Under the pieces are notes generated by a model that had not been told where the DNA came from, did not search any database, and worked only from the letters and a program-made list of their open reading frames with translations. Positions 19,915 through 27,968 of a DNA stretch of 64,000 bases are shown in pieces. The position numbers and the translations under genes are program-made. Within the stretch, counting starts at the first letter, position 1. Every line of letters starts with the position of its first letter. Where the stretch lies: IMG/VR virus record IMGVR_UViG_3300027749_000034. One strand, given 5' to 3'. This DNA comes from a virus. Taxonomy: Duplodnaviria; Caudoviricetes.

Positions 19915-21984
19915 ATGAAACTCAAAGCACTAACCTTAGCAATTTTATTGGCCCTGGGCAGTACAGCCTACGCTCAGACCAAAGCACTAAATTATGAAGC
20001 GCAGGAAATTTCAACAGCACTTGTAAAAACAGGTGTACCAGTTGCATGGTCCAGGGGGTTCACTGGCAAAGGTATAACAATTGCCATTGTTGATCAGGGC
20101 TTTGATTTAACTCATGCAGACTTTGCCAATAAAATTGTTGGCAGTAAAAATTTCTATGATCCAGCATCAGCGGTAACTTGGGGCCATCATGGAACACTGA
20201 TGGCCGGCATCGCGGCCGCAAATAAAAACGGTTCAGGTACAGTTGGTGTTGCACCTGATGCTAACTTATTGTTGGCTCAAGTGGGAGCTGGTGGCAGTTC
20301 AGTTGGCATTAATTTTACCGCAGTAAAGCAAGCAGTGGATTGGGCCAGTGCCAACGGCGCATCAGTTATCAATCTGAGCCTTGGATCCGTGTTTGATCCA
20401 AATTTTACCAATGGTATCTCTCAAATGTCTGCAGGAATTTATAAAGCACCTGCCGCATATGGATCATTGTATGGTTATAGTACAACCGATGTGCAAGCAT
20501 TTGCTGTAGGTACCAACAGAGGAAGTATCATTGTTGCGGCCGCAGGCAATCAGGGACTGGCATACTCACAGGTACCTGGCATGTTTGCCACGCAGGTTGA
20601 TAGCACAGGTAAACTAGTACTTGGCGGCAAAATGCTGATTGTTGGATTTGCTGATACCAACGGCAATATTGCCACAGCATCAAACAAGGCCGGCTCCATT
20701 TGTAATAACATATCTGGCTCTACCTGTAACGATCCTTATCTTGTCAAAGACTTTTATGTTGTTGCGCCAGGCATGCAGTTGTATGGCTCAGTGGCCAATC
20801 AATATGGATTGAAAGATGACAAAGGCAATTTGAACACCAGCGGCTCAATTGCAGTTACTGGATCCAGTGGCGCCACGGCCTATGTGTCAGGTGGCGTGGC
20901 GTTGATGAAACAGGCGTGGCCACAGTTAAGGTCAGAACAAATTGTTTCATTGATTCTAAATACAGCCACGCCAATGGGCGATTCAAATGTTACCGGTCGC
21001 GGCATGGTTAACTTTGACAAGGCAACCCAGCCAATGGGCACAGTTACACTGGCCAACATGACCAAATTGAATGGCTCTGGACCACAAGGTAAAACAGTTG
21101 GCCTCACTGGCACCGGAGTAGCTACATCTGGTGCAATTAGTTTGGCCACCAGCTCAGTGCTACAAAATACTCAAGTGGTTGACAGCATTGGTCGTAACTA
21201 TACTGTAAACTTAACACAGGCAGTTGGATTTACCAACTCAATGAGTTACCAATATGCCAGTCCTTGGATGGCTATGGCTTCGTCAAACTACAGACACATG
21301 GCAGTACCATTTGGTAAAGATGGTGTAATAACATTCATGACCAGTGACACAGGTACCGCAAGTCAATATGAGTGGCAACATAGTGAGCGCACTCGACTTA
21401 ACTTTGAAGTGGGTGCATTAAAGGAATTGAATAGTGTACTTGGTTCACAAGGTGGTGGCGCATTGGCATTTGGCGGTAGCAATACCACATGGTTTGGTGG
21501 CGGCGGCAGTTACAAGATTGCCGAGAATACTGCACTGATTGGAAAATATACTGTGGGCTTTACCAAAACCTCCAATGTACAAGATAGTATGGTACAATTA
21601 GACTCTACAATTATAAGCGACTCATGGAAGCTTGGAGCATCACAAGAACGAGTGTTTATCAATCAAGGCAAATTACATGATGAAATTACTCTAGCCGTGG
21701 CACAACCAGTACAAGTACGAAGTGGTAGTGCAACAGTAACTGGAGTCACATCTTACACATACACAGACAATGGTGATGGCACAAGTACTGCAAATCCGCA
21801 GTCACAAACAATGCGTTCAAGCTTGGCTCCGCAAGTTCGTGAAATGGATCTGGTACTTGGTTATACTGTCAAACATACCAATGCAACCAGTGTTGGATTT
21901 AATGTGGTACGCCAGTTCAATGCAGGTGGTGCCGCAGGTGTACAAGCAACAGGATTTTCAATAATGGCCCGTAGCGTATTTTAA
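19915..21984 (+). CDS. S8 subtilisin-like protease with C-terminal autotransporter-like beta domain
   Basis: Signal peptide; triad IAIVD / HGTLMAG / GSSGA; AAAGN oxyanion Asn; terminal Phe. Confidence 0.85.
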   Translation: MKLKALTLAILLALGSTAYAQTKALNYEAQEISTALVKTGVPVAWSRGFTGKGITIAIVDQGFDLTHADFANKIVGSKNFYDPASAVTWGHHGTLMAGIAAANKNGSGTVGVAPDANLLLAQVGAGGSSVGINFTAVKQAVDWASANGASVINLSLGSVFDPNFTNGISQMSAGIYKAPAAYGSLYGYSTTDVQAFAVGTNRGSIIVAAAGNQGLAYSQVPGMFATQVDSTGKLVLGGKMLIVGFADTNGNIATASNKAGSICNNISGSTCNDPYLVKDFYVVAPGMQLYGSVANQYGLKDDKGNLNTSGSIAVTGSSGATAYVSGGVALMKQAWPQLRSEQIVSLILNTATPMGDSNVTGRGMVNFDKATQPMGTVTLANMTKLNGSGPQGKTVGLTGTGVATSGAISLATSSVLQNTQVVDSIGRNYTVNLTQAVGFTNSMSYQYASPWMAMASSNYRHMAVPFGKDGVITFMTSDTGTASQYEWQHSERTRLNFEVGALKELNSVLGSQGGGALAFGGSNTTWFGGGGSYKIAENTALIGKYTVGFTKTSNVQDSMVQLDSTIISDSWKLGASQERVFINQGKLHDEITLAVAQPVQVRSGSATVTGVTSYTYTDNGDGTSTANPQSQTMRSSLAPQVREMDLVLGYTVKHTNATSVGFNVVRQFNAGGAAGVQATGFSIMARSVF

Positions 21985-21994
21985 GGAAAAACAG

Positions 21995-22192
21995 ATGCAG
22001 GATCGTGACCATGTACGGCAACGAATGACTGAAATTATGGAGCTCATAGACAGCTCTATTCAGTTGACAGACGATAGAGAAGAGCTTATAATGTTAGCAT
22101 GTGCCATGTTACAACGCACAGTAGAATTACTCGATGACACTATTGGTGAACAAGGTCGAGATACCATATTAAAAGGATCACTAAGTGAGTAA
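21995..22192 (+). CDS. hypothetical protein
   Basis: 65-aa ORF with RBS. Confidence 0.65.
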   Translation: MQDRDHVRQRMTEIMELIDSSIQLTDDREELIMLACAMLQRTVELLDDTIGEQGRDTILKGSLSE

Positions 22193-22439
22193 AGCCAAAC
22201 ACAAACCTTATCAATGGATTGACGGTGAAACAGCGGATCGTATTACCAGCATGAATCTCAAAGACTATCGTGCGTATCTAAAGAAAGAAATCAAGCTGTG
22301 GAAGAAGAATCCCAAGACTGACACCAACCCAAGTGGCCATTGGATGCACCCAGAGGATGTGGGCATTAACATGCAGACCATTGAGGCATTGGATTTGATC
22401 ATCAGTCACTTTCCAGAAACACCGGATGAGATAAAATGA
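22185..22439 (+). CDS. hypothetical protein
   Basis: 84-aa ORF, GTG start in operon. Confidence 0.65.
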   Translation: MSKAKHKPYQWIDGETADRITSMNLKDYRAYLKKEIKLWKKNPKTDTNPSGHWMHPEDVGINMQTIEALDLIISHFPETPDEIK

Positions 22440-22633
22440 AAAAATGGATATATGTAATTTTAATGGGACTATTATGGTCCATGGTTGTAGTAAGTATTTT
22501 TAGTGCAGTTGCTACCAAGCCTCCACAAGTCATGTGCCTTGGGGGTATTGTAATGACACCAGACAAAGGTGGAGACATGTGGGTCCAGAAGGGCCTATTC
22601 CCAACGCATTGTATGTCTGTAGACAAGGATTAA
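22436..22633 (+). CDS. small membrane-anchored protein
   Basis: N-terminal hydrophobic helix. Confidence 0.6.
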   Translation: MKKWIYVILMGLLWSMVVVSIFSAVATKPPQVMCLGGIVMTPDKGGDMWVQKGLFPTHCMSVDKD

Positions 22634-22634
22634 T

Positions 22635-23222
22635 ATGAAAAAAGAACTAGACGAATTGTTGTGCAAGAAGTATCCAAAGATGATGGTGAACCGTGAAAAG
22701 TCCATGCGAGAAACTTGCATGTGTTGGGGATTTGAATGCGGCGATGGTTGGTTCCAAATTCTAAATCAACTCATGGGCAATATACAACATCACATTGACT
22801 GGCGTCTTCGTCAGCGTGAAGTTGCTATCAAAATGAGAGAAATTGCTGTGCAACTGAAAGCTGGCAACAGTGAGTTATTTGATCATGACATGATGGACAT
22901 GATCAATCTAGAGTACAAAGAAAAGCGCCGGCAAGAACTTATTGAAGATCCATTGCGTGAAGTACCAGAGGCCATTCATCAAGTTACCTTAGACCAAGTT
23001 AAAGAGAAGTTTGGCACATTGCGATTTTACTACACTGGCGGTGACGAATACATCAGTGGACTTGTTAGCATGGCAGAAAGCATGAGTGGTGTCACTTGCG
23101 AGGAATGTGGCAATCCTGGTAAACAAGTTGGTGGTGGTTGGATTACAACCTTGTGCCAAACTCATGCAGAAGCTCGGGGAATCTTTTTTGACAATGAAGA
23201 AGATGAAACTGTCGACAATTAA
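22635..23222 (+). CDS. conserved phage hypothetical protein
   Basis: FECGDGW, QVKEKFGTLRFY, C-terminal CEECG...TLC zinc motif. Confidence 0.8.
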   Translation: MKKELDELLCKKYPKMMVNREKSMRETCMCWGFECGDGWFQILNQLMGNIQHHIDWRLRQREVAIKMREIAVQLKAGNSELFDHDMMDMINLEYKEKRRQELIEDPLREVPEAIHQVTLDQVKEKFGTLRFYYTGGDEYISGLVSMAESMSGVTCEECGNPGKQVGGGWITTLCQTHAEARGIFFDNEEDETVDN

Positions 23223-23388
23223 TTGGGAGTTGTGTGGCGCAATAACTGCCATGTGTGTTTGTGTGTATCTTTTGTTTACTATTCCTTGGCCAAGGCAACA
23301 GGTATACAACTGTAGCATTTCAGAAATTAGTCCCGACTATCCTATAGAAGTCAAAGAAGGTTGCCGTAAATTACGGATAGAGAAATAA
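23203..23388 (+). CDS. small membrane protein
   Basis: TM helix followed by YNCSISEISPDYP motif. Confidence 0.55.
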   Translation: MKLSTINWELCGAITAMCVCVYLLFTIPWPRQQVYNCSISEISPDYPIEVKEGCRKLRIEK

Positions 23389-23389
23389 A

Positions 23390-23851
23390 ATGACAAAAGA
23401 AACAATCTTTTACATCAAGCAAGGCCGCAAGTATATCCCTCACAGCACATACAATAGTGAGTTCTGTGATGCATTTCCCAAAGGCACGCACCTGGTACAA
23501 AGCTATGCAGGCGGGAGTCTGCGTAGGTTCAATATTGATCCAAAGTATGCACCAATGATTGCCGCTGGCCGGGTCGCCGAGGAAAAGATTAGTGAAGTGT
23601 TAATGAAGGCCAACGAACTACGGCCAATGACTGCACCAATTACCCCAGCGGCTCACCGAGCATGGATGAAGCTGAAGAAAGAGCTCGGCAACGATGCTAT
23701 GTTGACTAGAGGTAGTGCAAGAGAAGCGGCCGAGTCAGCAGTCAATGCAATGGTTCAAGAAGCTGGCACTCTCATGGAACATCCAATGGTACAAGCCGCC
23801 TACCAGGAGTTTGAAGTAATCTGTAAATTGGTCAACGAGCAAAATAAGTAA
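23390..23851 (+). CDS. hypothetical protein
   Basis: 153-aa ORF in operon. Confidence 0.75.
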   Translation: MTKETIFYIKQGRKYIPHSTYNSEFCDAFPKGTHLVQSYAGGSLRRFNIDPKYAPMIAAGRVAEEKISEVLMKANELRPMTAPITPAAHRAWMKLKKELGNDAMLTRGSAREAAESAVNAMVQEAGTLMEHPMVQAAYQEFEVICKLVNEQNK

Positions 23852-23854
23852 AGG

Positions 23855-24532
23855 ATGAAAGTACAAGCGCATCCGGACTATTTTTGCCCTTTATCGTTGA
23901 AGTTACCGCAGACCGCAAAAACCTTCCTACAAGAATTCTTTGTAGATGATTTAAAGGAACAACAATCAAAGAAAAGGCAGTTGGGTTTATATCCACTGCC
24001 TGATTCTACAGCCTTGATTGAATTAAAGGAATTGGTAGATAACTTTTTGGCGCCACTGCAATTGGCGGCCGGTTCGTATGGTGCATTTGCATTGAAAGAG
24101 TCCACGCAAGATGTCAACATACATGTTGACGCCATGCGTCTCAATACCAGACTGAGTTTTTATGAACTTGCAGAAACACCGGGTGTTATCAATTGGTGGC
24201 AAGATGATGGAACAGGATATGAAGCATGGCGACCCAGTTACCTGGGTGGTAGCCCAATCCTTGATTATCGCTTTCCTTGGGTTGATGATTTACAAGCAGG
24301 AAAAAGAACTTGGGATGAAGTCCCCAAGCCTGTATTTGGTACAAGTACAGCAGTACCTAGTGCTTTATTAATGACAGCACTACCACACAATGTATTTCAA
24401 GGGCCAGGCTTTAGAATCACAATCACCTGCCAGATTGTTAACCGTCAAACTCGTTCAGTTGAACACACTTGGCAACAAGTACAACAGCATTTTAACTCCA
24501 TTGCATTGCCTGCCAGTGCATACGAATCGTAG
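23855..24532 (+). CDS. 2OG-Fe(II) dioxygenase-like protein
   Basis: IHVD ... PHNV ... R-I-T (HxD...H plus Arg). Confidence 0.55.
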   Translation: MKVQAHPDYFCPLSLKLPQTAKTFLQEFFVDDLKEQQSKKRQLGLYPLPDSTALIELKELVDNFLAPLQLAAGSYGAFALKESTQDVNIHVDAMRLNTRLSFYELAETPGVINWWQDDGTGYEAWRPSYLGGSPILDYRFPWVDDLQAGKRTWDEVPKPVFGTSTAVPSALLMTALPHNVFQGPGFRITITCQIVNRQTRSVEHTWQQVQQHFNSIALPASAYES

Positions 24533-25295
24533 CATAGCCAGATCCAAAGTAGTCGGAGCCAGACATGAATTTAAACAGCTGGCCATTGTAATTGGGATTG
24601 GCAGTGATTAGTTTTATAGTTGTTTGTGCTACCTCTGCTGATTTTGCAAAGAACACTTTGTTTTTGCCCCACATGATTGGATACAGCAATTTTTCTTGAT
24701 GGGCAATCACAGTGGCCCAAGTGCGTAGCGGTGCACCTGTGCACCAGTCGTCTACAATGTAGATACCACGATCTTTTAGCTTGGGTAACGACTTTCTAAT
24801 GGTGTTGAGATTTTCAGCAACACCGTCCCCGTAGTCATGATGTATAATATCATACTGTTCATCAGCTTCTGCTTCGCTCAGGTAGCAAGTCAAGGACATT
24901 GTCCTGCCAGTCAATTGTTCAGATCTTGTGGCAATCCAGGATTGCATATCTTTGGCAGTAGATAATGTTGCTAACACTTCTATTTCTTCTTGGCTTAAAC
25001 AACGATTAAAGTGATCTGTATACCAAGCACCACTAGAGTTTGTTTCCTTTGCCCCGATAAAGTTCAAATGATCAACACCGGTAAATTTTACACTATTATG
25101 ACCGGTTTCGCACAATGCTTCATTAAATATTGCAAGTCCACCGCCGATGTAAGATCCAAGTTCTAGGAACTTATCAATTTTGGGTAAACTACCAAATAAC
25201 AGCCAACATGCTATGACATCCTCCGGTGGACTTAACATTCCAAGCTTTAGGACATGTTGATAGATGTTGTTTAGATTTTTCCAGGAATAGTCCAC
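24492..25295 (-). CDS. class I SAM-dependent methyltransferase
   Basis: FLELGSYIGG, YDIIHHD, GIYIVDDW; GGAG RBS with GTG start. Confidence 0.8.
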   Translation of the reverse strand: MDYSWKNLNNIYQHVLKLGMLSPPEDVIACWLLFGSLPKIDKFLELGSYIGGGLAIFNEALCETGHNSVKFTGVDHLNFIGAKETNSSGAWYTDHFNRCLSQEEIEVLATLSTAKDMQSWIATRSEQLTGRTMSLTCYLSEAEADEQYDIIHHDYGDGVAENLNTIRKSLPKLKDRGIYIVDDWCTGAPLRTWATVIAHQEKLLYPIMWGKNKVFFAKSAEVAQTTIKLITANPNYNGQLFKFMSGSDYFGSGYATIRMHWQAMQWS

Positions 25296-25317
25296 TTTTT
25301 CTCCAATAAGTATGTGT

Positions 25318-25854
25318 ATGATTGACGACTTCTATGTATACGAAACACCTGACTTTTTAGATCTTCCTTACATTAAAAAACTAGTTATGGACAAGCTTGA
25401 GGCAGAGTTTGTCCTTAAAGGGTATGTGAGAATTGACGTCAGTACCGACGACTATCTAAAATCACTGCAAGAAAGGTTTGTATTCTTGGGTGGTTGGTTG
25501 AACATATATCATACCCCTCCAACAGGGTATATCCCCTTGCACATCGACGGACATCGACTGGCGGCATTCAACATACCAATCAGTGGATGTGATGATACAT
25601 CTGCTACAATTTACTATGAGCCAGTTGACGGCGAGATTGAAAAAGTCTACAAGCCTGACGAACGGCACTACCGAATCACGGGAGAGATGAAAGAGGTTTA
25701 TAGATTTTCATTGAAGCGTCCTGCACTGATTCGCAATGATGTGGCTCACGATGTAAAACGATTTGACTCCACTGATATTAGGATCATTGCCAGTTGGGGA
25801 GTAGCAGGCACCTTTGAAGAGTGCAGAAAAAAATTCAAAGAAATTTTGCCATAA
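25318..25854 (+). CDS. 2OG-Fe(II) dioxygenase-like protein
   Basis: LHIDG..AFNIPI ... AHDV ... RIIAS; TAAGTA at 25307. Confidence 0.6.
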   Translation: MIDDFYVYETPDFLDLPYIKKLVMDKLEAEFVLKGYVRIDVSTDDYLKSLQERFVFLGGWLNIYHTPPTGYIPLHIDGHRLAAFNIPISGCDDTSATIYYEPVDGEIEKVYKPDERHYRITGEMKEVYRFSLKRPALIRNDVAHDVKRFDSTDIRIIASWGVAGTFEECRKKFKEILP

Positions 25855-25858
25855 GAGG

Positions 25859-25887
25859 TAGACTTCTAAGTTAAAAGGATATATAAT
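25859..25887 (+). promoter_or_regulatory. sigma70 promoter of leader/attenuator 1
   Basis: TAGACT-17-TATAAT, ATG 6 nt downstream. Confidence 0.7.
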
Positions 25888-25893
25888 AATACT

Positions 25894-25959
25894 ATGTTAA
25901 ATGTAAAATTGTTACCAGGTAATACAGGACCAGCCACAGAGGATACTCCGAGGCCGTAA
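25894..25959 (+). CDS. putative leaderless leader peptide MLNVKLLPGNTGPATEDTPRP
   Basis: Starts at predicted TSS; ends 23 nt before terminator. Confidence 0.55.
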   Translation: MLNVKLLPGNTGPATEDTPRP

Positions 25960-25982
25960 CTCTACGCATAGTGAGATTACAG

Positions 25983-26013
25983 GCCCTGGAAATAAAAACT
26001 CCGGGGCTTTTTT
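25983..26013 (+). terminator. attenuator-type intrinsic terminator 1
   Basis: GCCCTGGA-9nt-TCCGGGGC-TTTTTT. Confidence 0.85.
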
Positions 26014-26018
26014 ATTGT

Positions 26019-26094
26019 GCGGGCGTAGCTCAGTTGGTAGAGCATTACCTTGCCAAGGTAAATGTCGTCGGTTCGAACCCGATCGCCCGCTCCA
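26019..26094 (+). tRNA. tRNA-Gly(GCC)
   Basis: Cloverleaf, TTACC-TT GCC AA-GGTAA, CCA encoded. Confidence 0.97.
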
Positions 26095-26098
26095 GGCT

Positions 26099-26272
26099 TG
26101 TTGTAGAAATACAACAAAAATAAAGGCAGATAGTTGTTGACAGGAATGAGTAGATAGCATATACTAGTTGAATACTGTAGCAATACAGCAGAAACAGTTT
26201 GAAAAGTGTTGTAGAAATACAACAAAAGAAAGTTAGAAAACGGTTGACATTACGGCATTGTCCGTATATAAT
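26099..26272 (+). promoter_or_regulatory. tandem operator plus sigma70 promoters (rrn P1/P2-like)
   Basis: Operators 26099-116 and 26207-224; TTGACA-17-TATACT (26137-65) and TTGACA-17-TATAAT (26244-72). Confidence 0.85.
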
Positions 26273-26280
26273 AACCAAAC

Positions 26281-26315
26281 ACTACAGCGAAAGTTGTAGT
26301 GATTGTTCTTTAAAA
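26281..26315 (+). promoter_or_regulatory. boxB-like hairpin plus boxA antitermination site
   Basis: ACTACAGC-GAAA-GTTGTAGT then TGTTCTTTAAAA. Confidence 0.7.
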
Positions 26316-26331
26316 ATTTGGTGGCATTTGT

Positions 26332-26406
26332 GCTCGATTCGTCTATCGGTTAGGACATCTGGTTTTCATCCAGGCAAGAGCGGTTCGATTCCGCTATCGA
26401 GTACCA
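26332..26406 (+). tRNA. tRNA-Glu(TTC)
   Basis: Cloverleaf, loop TT TTC AT, CCA. Confidence 0.95.
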
Positions 26407-26615
26407 TATGCAAGAATACTAAGGTTACCTAGACCACTAGGCGACTGGGATGATGGCAGTGCCGACGGGTGCTGGTCAAGTCCAGGAGCATGAAACAGGC
26501 GCAAGCTGGATTTGCGGTGGACAATCTAGGAGTAATGACCGTGCAGGCCTATACGAGACGTTCGTATATGGTAGACATAGATGCACAATGGTTCCTTTAG
26601 TATTCTTACATATGG
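26404..26615 (+). ncRNA. unknown structured RNA enclosed by 21-bp stem
   Basis: 26404-24 pairs 26595-615 with one C/A mismatch; internal hairpins. Confidence 0.6.
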
Positions 26616-26619
26616 TATT

Positions 26620-26705
26620 GCGAGTATGGTGAAATCTGGTAGACACAAGAGACTTAAAATCTCTCGCCGCAAGGTGTCCCGGTTCGACTCCGGGTACTCG
26701 CACCA
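26620..26705 (+). tRNA. tRNA-Leu(TAA)
   Basis: Type II cloverleaf, loop CT TAA AA, CCA. Confidence 0.96.
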
Positions 26706-26779
26706 AAATTAAGGCAATTGGGTTGTCAACCTAATTGGAGGCTAAGGCGTTATTAGTATATGCACTCCAGGAGAACAGC

Positions 26780-26920
26780 ATGTCAAATGATATATTAGCC
26801 CAAGTAAGAGAGATGTTGGATCGTACAAGAGATCCTTTTGAGATCGCGCACAAGTTGCATATTGATCTTGAATTTGTACAACAAGCAATGTCAATTTTAC
26901 TGAACAAAGTGTTAGCCTAA
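26780..26920 (+). CDS. small hypothetical (HTH-like) protein
   Basis: AGGAG RBS; PFEIAHKLHIDLEFVQQAM. Confidence 0.65.
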   Translation: MSNDILAQVREMLDRTRDPFEIAHKLHIDLEFVQQAMSILLNKVLA

Positions 26921-26928
26921 ACAAATTT

Positions 26929-27003
26929 GGTCTGTTCGTATAGAGGTTATTACTGTGGATTGTCTATCCACTTACGGGGGTTCGATTCCCCCACAGACCG
27001 CCA
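26929..27003 (+). tRNA. tRNA-Asp(GTC)
   Basis: Cloverleaf, loop TT GTC TA (U37), CCA. Confidence 0.93.
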
Positions 27004-27009
27004 ATTTTT

Positions 27010-27085
27010 TCCGCCTTAGCTCAGTTGGTAGAGTAGATGACTGTTAATCATTTGGTCCCTGGTTCGAGCCCAGGAGGTGGAGCCA
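27010..27085 (+). tRNA. tRNA-Asn(GTT)
   Basis: Cloverleaf, loop CT GTT AA, CCA. Confidence 0.96.
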
Positions 27086-27122
27086 AGAAAACATCAGTTT
27101 CTTTCATTTTACAAAGGCAATT

Positions 27123-27347
27123 ATGACATACATCAGTCGAGGAGTTGACATTGATACAGATCAATGTGTACAAAATGTTGGAGGCAATCGATTCAACTTG
27201 GTTTTAATTGCCGCGGCAAGAGCCAGGGAAATTAGTCAAAACAATAGAGAAAGTGTTCGCACAGAACATCTCCATACACCAGTAACTGCATTACTTGAAG
27301 TCCAAGATGGTAAGTTGGGGTATGAAGGAATACGAAAAGTTCGTTAA
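27123..27347 (+). CDS. rpoZ: RNA polymerase omega subunit homologue
   Basis: VGGNRFNLVLIAAARAREI ... PVTALLEVQDGK matches omega signature NRFDLVLVAARRARQ...VIALREIEEG. Confidence 0.85.
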   Translation: MTYISRGVDIDTDQCVQNVGGNRFNLVLIAAARAREISQNNRESVRTEHLHTPVTALLEVQDGKLGYEGIRKVR

Positions 27348-27353
27348 GTATAT

Positions 27354-27429
27354 CGCGGGGTACGTCAGTGGTCAGACTGCTAGGCTCATAACCTAGAAGA
27401 CGGAGGTTCGAATCCTTCCCCCGCAACCA
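27354..27429 (+). tRNA. tRNA-fMet(CAT), initiator-like
   Basis: CGCGGGG 5' end with C1xA72 mismatch, loop CT CAT AA. Confidence 0.9.
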
Positions 27430-27430
27430 G

Positions 27431-27624
27431 ACGTTCCGAGTGTCTTCGGATAGTGTGACCCACACGATGAGAAGTAGTGTGACAACTACGGGTGGTAGTC
27501 TTTGAACCGAAAGGCCGCTGGCAATGCGATAACGGAACCTGTCGGGAAGTGGGTGGAAGCCGTGTGTGATGGTGTTGGGGGTTCCTGGCGCTTGATACGG
27601 TACAATTACCACCGGGGTTCGCAG
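27431..27624 (+). ncRNA. unknown pseudoknotted structured RNA
   Basis: GTTCCG/CGGAAC (27433/27533) crosses GGTGGTA/TACCACC (27491/27607); GNRA hairpins. Confidence 0.5.
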
Positions 27625-27696
27625 AGCATATTAAAACACACTCTAACCGCAAGGTGACAAGTGAGCTCATGTTCATGAAGTGTGTTTCAATATGTT
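27625..27696 (+). ncRNA. long-stem hairpin cassette
   Basis: 18-bp stem AGCATATTAAAACACACT/AGTGTGTTTCAATATGTT with one A/C mismatch. Confidence 0.55.
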
Positions 27697-27700
27697 TTTC

Positions 27701-27776
27701 GGGGGTGTAGCTCATTTGGGAGAGCGCCTGCTTTGCAAGCAGGATGTAGCAAGTTCGATCCTTGTCACCTCCACCA
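27701..27776 (+). tRNA. tRNA-Ala(TGC)
   Basis: GGGGGTG acceptor with G3.U70, loop TT TGC AA. Confidence 0.96.
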
Positions 27777-27796
27777 TTATTATAAAGGAAAGTCGT

Positions 27797-27964
27797 ATGC
27801 ACGAAGCTGGTAAGGGCGATAGCCCAAGACCCTACAGCGTTGATTCAAAAACTTACTCAGACAATTGGGACACAATTTTTGGTAAGAAAGACAACAACGA
27901 TAAAAAAGAAATTGTTGATTCTTTGGACAAAAAACCAACAGACAACAATCCTGCGGCTAAGTAA
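27797..27964 (+). CDS. small hypothetical protein
   Basis: AAGGA RBS; GKGDSPRP...NWDTIFGK motif. Confidence 0.7.
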   Translation: MHEAGKGDSPRPYSVDSKTYSDNWDTIFGKKDNNDKKEIVDSLDKKPTDNNPAAK

Positions 27965-27968
27965 GATT

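Noticed and set aside
26530-26590. Group I intron core in the 212-nt RNA
   Set aside because: GCAGGCCTATA / AGACATAGAT only loosely resemble R/S elements, P7 does not pair convincingly, and no interrupted exon is evident.
26404-26615. 6S RNA, RNase P RNA or SRP RNA identity for the long-stem RNAs
   Set aside because: No GAGGAAAGUCC or SRP helix 8 motif, and the interiors are multibranched rather than a rod with a central bubble; left unassigned.
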